Shown here piece by piece: positions 8,336 through 16,503 of a stretch of 27,166 nucleotides of DNA (within the stretch, counting starts at the first letter, position 1; each line of letters opens with the position of its first letter). The stretch is taken from IMG/VR virus record IMGVR_UViG_3300032218_001174, positions 1 through 27,166 of that record. One strand, given 5' to 3'. The notes under the pieces are model-generated. The model was not told the DNA's origin. It saw only the letters and a program-made list of their open reading frames with translations, and made no database searches. Source of the DNA: a virus. Its lineage: Duplodnaviria; Caudoviricetes. The translations under genes were made by a program, and so were the position numbers.

Positions 8336-8354
8336 GCAATAAAAAACACACAAA

Positions 8355-8522
8355 ATGAGTAATACAGCCCACGTTAACTCGGTTATGAAGTCAATCAACT
8401 TGTACACCGACAACATCTATGAGAGCCTTATGGATGGAGACAGAGATGAATTGAACAGAAGTATCTACCTACTAACAGCTCTGCTTAAAGAAATACAGCA
8501 GACATTTAAAGAAGAAATATAA
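8355..8522 (+). CDS. 55-aa helical protein (MSNTAHVNSVMKSINLYTDNIYESLMDGDRDELNRSIYLLTALLKEIQQTFKEEI)
   Basis: Not in the ORF track; A-rich leader; TAATG overlap with the next gene. Confidence 0.75.
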   Translation: MSNTAHVNSVMKSINLYTDNIYESLMDGDRDELNRSIYLLTALLKEIQQTFKEEI

Positions 8523-9742
8523 TGAAACACAACTATCCACTTGAGATGCAGGAGAGGGTTCTCTCTCTTGTGTCCGAGGGGTTATCTATAACCGCTGCCT
8601 CCAGAGAGGCGTGCAAGGAGTATGGATATCCCTATGATGACAGCGTGAGAAGGCAGTTCTCAAAGAAAATAAACAAGGCAAACGAGAATACAGAAAACAT
8701 CACCTACACTGATACTAATCAGTACGGGACTGATACTCAGTTATCTGCCAGAAAGTCAGACGGAACTATTATGAGTATTGATGAATACTGTGACGTATAC
8801 GGAATACCATTTGAGCAAGTTAGGACTTATAAGCTTGTGACTCATACTGGAGATGCTAGATATAATATCGCAAGTAATGTCATAAAGAATGAAGATTTAG
8901 GTAATCTTTACGATTTGTTTTTGGAAGATTTAAAGTCTTACGCCCCGAAATATAATTCTTATAAAAGAGAATTGTATAGCGATGGTCACTTATTAATAGT
9001 AGATCCAGCCGATGTTCATATAGGGAAACTTTGTAATTCTTTTGAAACAGGAGAAACTTATAACAATCAAATAGCTGTTCAAAGAGTTTTGAGTGGAGTA
9101 GATGGAATACTAAATAAGGTAGGCAGTTTTAATATTGATAAAATACTTTTTGTAATTGGTAACGATATCTTACATATTGATAACCCTAAAAGAACTACAA
9201 CAAGTGGCACGCCACAAGACACTGATGGAATGTGGCACTCTAATTTTTTAATTGCAAAACAGCTTTATGTTGACATAATAGAAAAGTTAATGTGCGTTGC
9301 AGATGTAGATGTTGTATTTAATCCTTCTAATCACGACTACACTAATGGTTTCTTCTTAGCTCAGTTAATAGAGACTCACTTTAGGAATTGTAATAATGTT
9401 AAGTTTGATTGCAGTGTTTCTCATCGTAAGTATTTTGTTTATGGTGAAAACTTAATAGGAACTACTCACGGAGATGGCGCAAAACAACAAGACCTACCGT
9501 TACTTATGGCTAACGAAAGTAAGGACTGGACTAATTGTAAGCATAAATATTTTTATATACATCACTTCCATCATAAGATAAGCAAGGATTATATGAGTGT
9601 TTGTGTTGAAAGTTTAAGAACCCCAAGCGGTACAGATAGTTGGCATCATAGAAACGGATACCAACACGCACCAAAAGCTGTAGAGGGATTTATTCACGAT
9701 AAAAATAATGGGCAGATTGCTCGAATAACACATTTATTTTAA
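8522..9742 (+). CDS. Calcineurin-like metallophosphoesterase with N-terminal HTH
   Basis: ADVHIG, GNDILH, SNHD, THGD and HHFHH metal-binding motifs; N-terminal VLSLVSEGLSITAASRE HTH-like segment. Confidence 0.8.
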   Translation: MKHNYPLEMQERVLSLVSEGLSITAASREACKEYGYPYDDSVRRQFSKKINKANENTENITYTDTNQYGTDTQLSARKSDGTIMSIDEYCDVYGIPFEQVRTYKLVTHTGDARYNIASNVIKNEDLGNLYDLFLEDLKSYAPKYNSYKRELYSDGHLLIVDPADVHIGKLCNSFETGETYNNQIAVQRVLSGVDGILNKVGSFNIDKILFVIGNDILHIDNPKRTTTSGTPQDTDGMWHSNFLIAKQLYVDIIEKLMCVADVDVVFNPSNHDYTNGFFLAQLIETHFRNCNNVKFDCSVSHRKYFVYGENLIGTTHGDGAKQQDLPLLMANESKDWTNCKHKYFYIHHFHHKISKDYMSVCVESLRTPSGTDSWHHRNGYQHAPKAVEGFIHDKNNGQIARITHLF

Positions 9743-9748
9743 AGAATT

Positions 9749-10006
9749 ATGTACCTAGACGAACACATTAAAGATATAGTGGTGAATGAGCCGCAAGTTT
9801 TAGAGTTTCCTAAGCTAACTGGAGACTCAATAGTAAACAACGTAGTAGAAAGCTTTATAGAGCGTTCTAACGTAGGATTTAAGAAGTATGGAACTAACTT
9901 AGATCGAAAGGATTTAAGCTTCTTAGAATGGATTTCCCATCTTCAAATGGAATTACAAGACGCTATACTTTATGCAGAAAAACTAAAACAGGAATACAAT
10001 GAGTAG
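9749..10006 (+). CDS. Small all-alpha protein, possibly MazG/dNTP-pyrophosphohydrolase-related
   Basis: RSNVGFKKYG...HLQMELQDAILY pattern (G..KYG plus E..D..Y) recalls MazG-like/DUF5664-related phage proteins. Confidence 0.5.
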   Translation: MYLDEHIKDIVVNEPQVLEFPKLTGDSIVNNVVESFIERSNVGFKKYGTNLDRKDLSFLEWISHLQMELQDAILYAEKLKQEYNE

Positions 10007-10142
10007 AAAGGTCCATAATATAACACCGATGCAGAGGATAAGGATAGTGATGAACTACTTGCATTTGCGTGGCGGAAATAAAGAATCTGTGAACAATGTT
10101 TACAGGAATATACTGAAAGAAAAACTTAAGGGAGCTAATTAG
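9999..10142 (+). CDS. 47-aa basic protein (MSRKVHNITPMQRIRIVMNYLHLRGGNKESVNNVYRNILKEKLKGAN)
   Basis: Not in the ORF track; start overlaps the previous gene by 8 nt and it fills the gap to the convergence point. Confidence 0.65.
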   Translation: MSRKVHNITPMQRIRIVMNYLHLRGGNKESVNNVYRNILKEKLKGAN

Positions 10143-10149
10143 CTCCCTT
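10128..10149. terminator. Perfect 22-bp palindrome at the convergence of the two arms; probable bidirectional terminator
   Basis: AAGGGAGCTAATTAGCTCCCTT equals its own reverse complement; T-rich sequence follows on both strands. Confidence 0.65.
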
Positions 10150-13100
10150 TATAAATTTAATATATTCTTTCTTAGTCATATCCTCTGGTCTCACTTCTTG
10201 AACTCCCTTATATTTTTTTATTTTATACTGACCTTCCATAACACTTTTATACATTTGCTTAGCATCTTTTGTATCTAATGTTTGAGACTTCACAGCTTCC
10301 TTTAATTGTTTTGTAAATTTAGTAACTTCTTCTTTGTTTAATTGATCTATAGAACTTCTTTCAAAAGTCTCATATATATACTGCAACTGTTTTTTTTCTG
10401 GTTTACTTCCAAAGAACGCCTTTACAAAAGGTAATCTTCTCAAAGAAAATTCATCCTTATCTTTCATTTCTTTACCGTGTACAGATTCTACAATTTCTTT
10501 AGCAGCTATCTTACCAGTATATCCAACATCAGATATAAACTTACCTGTCCCTCCTCCAAGTGCATCATAGTAGTGATCCAATATCTCTGGACTAATATCT
10601 ATATATCCTTTCTCCATAGCGCTTCCACCAGTCCACTCATTTAACTTCTTAGCAGTCCACAAAGATCCTGGTCTAACTGATTCAAAATATAAATCACTTT
10701 CTTTTTTCTTAGCTCCAAACTTTGGTTGTTCTGGCTTTATAGGAGCTCCAAAAAAGTTTTTATTTTCAGAGTGTTGAACAAAAGGATCAAATGCTGTTGG
10801 AGCTACTGCCTGCGACAACGTAGGTCCTTGTAATGGAGATATCTGATTGTATATTGTCATAAACATTTTTGACGTTGCATCGGTAGCATCTTTTCTTCCA
10901 GTCGCTACATCATATGTTAAATTACCTGCATACTTAAATACGTTTAATCCATAAGCCATTGGAAGTAGTAATGGTTCTTGTTTAGAATCTTTTGGATTTA
11001 CTAATACAAAGTTTCTTTCTTTTATACCATCATCTATTTTCTCGTCATCGTCATCATCTCCTCCTAAATAAGAATTAAGAGCAGCCTCTAAAATACCATA
11101 AGCAAACATACCTCCAGCTATAGTTCTAGCTGTTTTAGATTTAGCCAATGATGTTGCCATTCTTACCGTACCACTAAGCCCAGCAGTAGCAAACAAATAT
11201 AGACTATCCATTAAACCTCCCCACGTACCTTTGTTCTCAAAGTTTACTGTTATATTCTTAGCAGCTCTTGCTGCTTCTTCAGTAGAAACTCCTGCGTCTT
11301 TTAACGCTTTAAATGTACTAAGCCTTACTGACTGTTCTACTACAGACTGAGCAAGCATAAGCGTATTACCTAATTTGTTTAGAGCTGCAGTATATATCTT
11401 CTCTCCCTTGTTTATCTTCTCAATATCTTTTCTCAAGCTATCAACATACTCCTCAAGTGTTTCTTTTTGAAACCAAGATACCTTACCACCACTATCTCTA
11501 TATTCCTTAGCTAATTTAGCCCACTCAGAATTATAATTACCTTTTGAGTCTTGTATAATACCTTGACCTGCAGACTTTAAATTTTTTGGATTAGCTATCT
11601 GTCCTGTAACATTTTTTATATCTAAATCTTTTATCTCTGACTGGATATTTATTAATGCAGACTGGTAATCCCTTAAAAAGTTAGTAATTAAGAAGTTAGG
11701 GTTCATTAAAGTAGCAGTGGATCTTATCCAACTATTTACTACATAAAGACCTCTTATACCTCTTTGAATACCTTGATTTTGAAGAGCATCTCTCATAGGT
11801 TTATCTTTAACCTCCACATAAACTGGTTTACCATCTACTTTTAATTCTACAGAATCATTAATTAGTTTTTGTGATGTGGTTGGCAACATATATTTGATAT
11901 CGCCATTAGAATCTAAAATAGTTGTATATTTAGGTTTATGCACTTCAAATACTTCGTTATTTTTATCAAGCTCAGCAAGATTAATTAATGCTTGAGCTGC
12001 TTGATTTCTTTCTCCTCTCGCTACTGTATTTTGATACTCAAACATAGAAGAAAATATAGGGTTATATCTATCTGTGTATTTATATAAATCACTACCCTTA
12101 GCCTTAAATATATCCTTACCTTTAACACTTGCTCCTGCTCCTGCTCCTCCAGTTCTTTTTGTCATAGCTTTTTCAACTACCTGAAGTGGAACATAGTTCT
12201 TATATTGAGTTTGTAATTTATCATATAACTCTTGATCTATAAGACCGTACTTTAATTTATCATCAAGCGCAGGTTTAATTACATTTTCTCTAAATTCATT
12301 TGCATACTTATCAAACAATTCTTTTTTGCCAGACTTATCTACATTATCTATAATTTCTTGAGCCTGTTCATTTGTCATACCACTACCAGCTTCTTTAAGT
12401 AGTTTAACCTTTCCTTGTCCAGATATTAATTTCTTTAACTCATTCTCGTATCTTGTTTTTAACGATTGAGTTTCAGCATTCTTTATCTTTTCATTTAAAG
12501 CATCTACTTCTTTTTTGAAGTTTTCTTCTCTTTCAGTGGCATTAGCTAAGTTTCTTTCTTCAGCGTGTAATGCATACATATACGTACCTAACTGGTCAAT
12601 ATCTACACCGTCTTTTTTAGCTCTATTAGCCCAAGACTCTTTATTACTTTTATCAAAAATTTCTTTTTGTTTATCCTCTATAATGTTTATAGTCTTTCCA
12701 ACTAATAGTTCAAACTTCAAGGCAACATTAGCCTCTTTAAGTATCTTTATACCTAAAGCGCCTTCCATTTGTTCTTGAACATCTTTGACTCTTATCATCT
12801 TATTTTGAAAAGCCTGTATGAATTTCTTAAGCCAATTTTGATCTTTTAGGTCTATTAATTTAGGAGCCTGTTCTGCTTGATCAATAGCTTGAGATGTCGA
12901 GTACTTACTAACAGAGTTATAGTATAGGTCTTTCTTTTGTTCTTCTGTTAAAGAATTAAAATCATTATCTTTAGACATTTCATTAAAGAAGTCATCCATA
13001 TTAGCAACTCCTTTAGATATTACATCTAAACCTTTTGATTCCATTTCTAATGGCTTTTGAGTAGATTGATAATAATCAGCAAAGTCTTTTTCTATTGAAG

Positions 13101-16100
13101 TTCTTTTATCTTCGCCTAATAAATTAACAATATCGTTAATAGCTTCCTTAACGGCTTCAGCAAACTCAATGCCTTTATCCATTAATTCACCAGTCTTCTC
13201 AATAGCCTTAGCGAAAGCTTCTTTTAAAGCGTCAGCATCAACACCTTGAGTTTTTCCATCACCTAAATTAGCTTTAAGCCAATCAGGTAATATTTCAGTT
13301 TGCCTTACTTTATCAGCTAATTCTTTTGCTTTTTCTGTGTATTTTGTTGTTGGTTCTTTTTCTTCAGTAGGAGTTACTTCAGTAGGTAACTCAGTTCTTC
13401 TTTGTTCTGGCTCATATTTTAAAGCCTCATTATAACTATCTTTATATTCTTGAGGCAAATCTGAATCCTCAATCATTTTAGTTATTTCTTCTTGTGATTT
13501 TTTATCATAGTCTTCTTTTAAATGATAAAGATCATCATATTTATTCTGACTATTTTTATATGAATATATTTCGTCGTAAACTTTTATGAATTTATCTTGT
13601 TTTGTTTCAGGTATTATAGATTTAAACCCTTTATCTTTATTACTTACAAACTGTTCTTTAAAAGGCTTTGTAATTACATCTCCAGTTTTTTCTTTTACAT
13701 CTACTGGCTTTAAAGTCTCAGTAGTCTGCGCTCTTGTTGTATCTTTCCATTCACCAACAACCATTTTAAACCCTCTATCACCTGCTAGTTTTGTAACCTG
13801 AGCAAACTGATCATTAGGAGTAAATGCCATACCTGGAAACTCTTTCTCAAATTTAGCTCTAGCTTCTTCAATAAGATTTAATGGATCTGCATTAAAGTCA
13901 TAAACCTGTGACTCTGGAATTTTAACCATATGGGTATTTCCAGATACTATATTCTCAGCTACATTTTCTGCAGGGTAATACATAGATACTCCACCCACTC
14001 TACCAATAGCAGTCTTCTCTTCAGCTGATGTTACATTTCTAGGATTTGTACCATATTTATTAGGTTCAATAGTTTCTAACGTAGTAGGTGATGTATGATA
14101 AAAAACATAATTACCTTGTCCATCTTGAGTAAGATTAGCCACGTTTGAAGATGTTTCTGCAGATATTCCTTTAACCTCAGCAGGCTTAACCTCCTCTACT
14201 TTAATCTCAGCAGGAGCGTTCACACTCATCTCTTCAATGGTAGTTTTACCACTAATTATGTTTACTCGCTCATCTTCAGCTAATTTAAACTGAGACTTTA
14301 AAGTATTTAATAAATCTTTCTTTGTATTTACATTAATAGTTTTATCTTCTGTTATCTCAGAAGCCTTGGCTCTAAGTTCAGACTGCTCTTTCTCTATTTT
14401 TGCTATCCTGCTCTTACCAGCGTCAGACATATTATCTATAGAAGAAACAACTTTATTTACTATAGCTCCGCTCTCAGCATTTAATCCAGCTATCTTATTT
14501 TTAGCCACAGACTTTACTTCCTCAGAAACATTCTTATCACCTATTAATTTATTAAGGCTTAATATCTGTTTTGAGTTGTTATCTAATACATTAGTATATT
14601 CTGGTGATGTAAATGGTTTTATAACGGCTCCAGCTATGTGAGGAGATGACTGAAGCATTGATGTCATAAGAAACGTATCCTTTAAAATTTCTTCTGAGTT
14701 ATCAAAAATTCCTACGTCCTTTTTATCTAATAAATACTTATCCATAGAGTTCTGAACTACATTTGTAAACAACTCACCAGCATTTTCTTTAAACTGATCC
14801 TTAGTATATTCTTTTCCAGTATTTAAAAAATTATTAAACGTAGAATTAACTAACTCTCTTTTCAATATATCATCAGCATTTATTGCAGATGTAGCTAACC
14901 CTGCCTTCTTCAATATATTTACGGTAGGTATTTCAGATACTACCTCTGCTCCACCCCAAAGTAATGGTATAGCAAACATTTGTAGGTCATCATATTTAGC
15001 TGTTCCATTAAGAACTTCTTGCTTCATATCAAACCTTTTCTGTGCCATACTAGTAGCTCCCATAATTGCTAATCCTGGATTACCAGTAGACGCTGCAACA
15101 AGATTAGGAGTTTGAACAGCAAGTACATCAGAAGACCAGTTAATAAAGTCGTTAACATTATTTACATCCTTTATATCCTTTCTAAATGCATCACTTAAAC
15201 CACTTATACTATTTACTGTTTCTGAAACTAATTCGTCTTTTGATTTTTTTAATTTATTTATATACTCAGGATTGTTTTCAGACTCAGGAAGTATAAAATC
15301 TGCAATCATATCTCCAGTAGTTACTAAAGCATTTAAAGTTCCTTGAGTAACCCTTCCAGATATGTTGTATAACATATCATAGTTTCTTTTTAATAAATCA
15401 ACTTCTTCTTCAGCACTTCCGTGCTTTCTATCTAATCCATATATAGATTTGTCTAACTTTTTAATGTATTCAGTGTTAGATTTTATTCTATTCTCTACAT
15501 TAGCTATTTCGTTTGGATCTTGATTTGTTTGTTGTAATTGATTTAATCTTATGTAATCATTCTCTAATGATGCTAGATAAGAGTCTCTAACCTTTACTAC
15601 TTTCCTAGTATTATCATCAATAGTTTTAAGTTCGTCTACTTTATTAAATTGCAGATTATTTTTTACATCTTCAGAAACAGATTCTAAGTAGTCATCAGTT
15701 TGAGAGTTTCTAAGACTCTTAGCTTTATTATCTATAGCTAACTGATAAGCCTTATAATTAACCTCTTCCTCTGATAACTTTGAGTTTTTAGGATCTGAAT
15801 TTACTTCAGATATTTCTTTGGCTATTGGGTTTTTTTCTATTTGAACAGCACTTATGTCTTGAGGAGTTAGGTCTGCTAGTTTTCCTATACCAGACACAAC
15901 AGTGTTATATGCAGATGATAGTCCAGATTTTATAACATTTAAAAATCCTGTGTTATTAACCTCAGCATCTACCTCTTCTTTTGCTTTTGACGTATAATTA
16001 TTTAAGTCTCTTATATTGTTGAACTGATATGTAAAAATATCATCAACAGGTTTTTCTATAGGAGTTTTCTTTTTAATAGCCTTAAGTCTATCAATTTCCT

Positions 16101-16500
16101 TTCTATTTCTCTCATACTCCTCTACATTAAATTTCTCCCCTGGTTTTATTTTGTTTTTCTTTTCAAGGTATTTTATAGACTGTTCTGTATCAATAGGAGT
16201 AGATGGAGGGACAAACCCTTCTTTTTTAGGTTCGTTTCCATACATAATAGATGTAGGACGTTTCTCTTCCTCCTGTCCAAATAGTTTAGTTGGACCACCT
16301 AAAGCAACCGAAGCCTGCGCTCTTGTTGGTGGCTCTGTATCCGAAGAAATACCTTGAGTAGTAGGTCTCGTAGGAGATACCCCAGACTTTTCTTGTGCAG
16401 TAGGTTCTGAAGACTCTTTTTTTTTTAAATAAGCATCAGGATTAAACTCTTGAGTTTTATTTCCTTGCAAATATTTATTCGGATCAAAATTATTATCCAT
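10135..16500 (-). CDS. Large polyvalent virion/ejection protein (2121 aa) with C-terminal LPD38-like domain and internal ART-like domain
   Basis: AKNITVNFENKG, LYLFATAGLSG, LPMAYGLNVFK, ENKNFFGAPIKP, IDISPEILDH and LPFVKAFF resemble LPD38; last and largest gene of the ejection cassette. Confidence 0.75.
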   Translation of the reverse strand: MDNNFDPNKYLQGNKTQEFNPDAYLKKKESSEPTAQEKSGVSPTRPTTQGISSDTEPPTRAQASVALGGPTKLFGQEEEKRPTSIMYGNEPKKEGFVPPSTPIDTEQSIKYLEKKNKIKPGEKFNVEEYERNRKEIDRLKAIKKKTPIEKPVDDIFTYQFNNIRDLNNYTSKAKEEVDAEVNNTGFLNVIKSGLSSAYNTVVSGIGKLADLTPQDISAVQIEKNPIAKEISEVNSDPKNSKLSEEEVNYKAYQLAIDNKAKSLRNSQTDDYLESVSEDVKNNLQFNKVDELKTIDDNTRKVVKVRDSYLASLENDYIRLNQLQQTNQDPNEIANVENRIKSNTEYIKKLDKSIYGLDRKHGSAEEEVDLLKRNYDMLYNISGRVTQGTLNALVTTGDMIADFILPESENNPEYINKLKKSKDELVSETVNSISGLSDAFRKDIKDVNNVNDFINWSSDVLAVQTPNLVAASTGNPGLAIMGATSMAQKRFDMKQEVLNGTAKYDDLQMFAIPLLWGGAEVVSEIPTVNILKKAGLATSAINADDILKRELVNSTFNNFLNTGKEYTKDQFKENAGELFTNVVQNSMDKYLLDKKDVGIFDNSEEILKDTFLMTSMLQSSPHIAGAVIKPFTSPEYTNVLDNNSKQILSLNKLIGDKNVSEEVKSVAKNKIAGLNAESGAIVNKVVSSIDNMSDAGKSRIAKIEKEQSELRAKASEITEDKTINVNTKKDLLNTLKSQFKLAEDERVNIISGKTTIEEMSVNAPAEIKVEEVKPAEVKGISAETSSNVANLTQDGQGNYVFYHTSPTTLETIEPNKYGTNPRNVTSAEEKTAIGRVGGVSMYYPAENVAENIVSGNTHMVKIPESQVYDFNADPLNLIEEARAKFEKEFPGMAFTPNDQFAQVTKLAGDRGFKMVVGEWKDTTRAQTTETLKPVDVKEKTGDVITKPFKEQFVSNKDKGFKSIIPETKQDKFIKVYDEIYSYKNSQNKYDDLYHLKEDYDKKSQEEITKMIEDSDLPQEYKDSYNEALKYEPEQRRTELPTEVTPTEEKEPTTKYTEKAKELADKVRQTEILPDWLKANLGDGKTQGVDADALKEAFAKAIEKTGELMDKGIEFAEAVKEAINDIVNLLGEDKRTSIEKDFADYYQSTQKPLEMESKGLDVISKGVANMDDFFNEMSKDNDFNSLTEEQKKDLYYNSVSKYSTSQAIDQAEQAPKLIDLKDQNWLKKFIQAFQNKMIRVKDVQEQMEGALGIKILKEANVALKFELLVGKTINIIEDKQKEIFDKSNKESWANRAKKDGVDIDQLGTYMYALHAEERNLANATEREENFKKEVDALNEKIKNAETQSLKTRYENELKKLISGQGKVKLLKEAGSGMTNEQAQEIIDNVDKSGKKELFDKYANEFRENVIKPALDDKLKYGLIDQELYDKLQTQYKNYVPLQVVEKAMTKRTGGAGAGASVKGKDIFKAKGSDLYKYTDRYNPIFSSMFEYQNTVARGERNQAAQALINLAELDKNNEVFEVHKPKYTTILDSNGDIKYMLPTTSQKLINDSVELKVDGKPVYVEVKDKPMRDALQNQGIQRGIRGLYVVNSWIRSTATLMNPNFLITNFLRDYQSALINIQSEIKDLDIKNVTGQIANPKNLKSAGQGIIQDSKGNYNSEWAKLAKEYRDSGGKVSWFQKETLEEYVDSLRKDIEKINKGEKIYTAALNKLGNTLMLAQSVVEQSVRLSTFKALKDAGVSTEEAARAAKNITVNFENKGTWGGLMDSLYLFATAGLSGTVRMATSLAKSKTARTIAGGMFAYGILEAALNSYLGGDDDDDEKIDDGIKERNFVLVNPKDSKQEPLLLPMAYGLNVFKYAGNLTYDVATGRKDATDATSKMFMTIYNQISPLQGPTLSQAVAPTAFDPFVQHSENKNFFGAPIKPEQPKFGAKKKESDLYFESVRPGSLWTAKKLNEWTGGSAMEKGYIDISPEILDHYYDALGGGTGKFISDVGYTGKIAAKEIVESVHGKEMKDKDEFSLRRLPFVKAFFGSKPEKKQLQYIYETFERSSIDQLNKEEVTKFTKQLKEAVKSQTLDTKDAKQMYKSVMEGQYKIKKYKGVQEVRPEDMTKKEYIKFIKGAN
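16286..16500 (-). CDS. Putative 71-aa transframe product of the giant gene via -1 shift in the A10 tract
   Basis: TAT TTA AAA AAA AAA GAG at codons 24-29; the -1 frame is open for 43 codons to TAA at 16288-16286. Confidence 0.35.
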
Positions 16501-16503
16501 ACT

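Noticed and set aside
10128-10149. Protelomerase (hairpin telomere) target site
   Set aside because: No protelomerase or tyrosine recombinase gene in the window; a terminator at a convergent junction is the simpler explanation
11030-11064. GGDDDDDEKIDD as an RNA polymerase DxDxD motif
   Set aside because: Simple acidic linker after a hydrophobic helix in the LPD38-like region, with no double-psi barrel context
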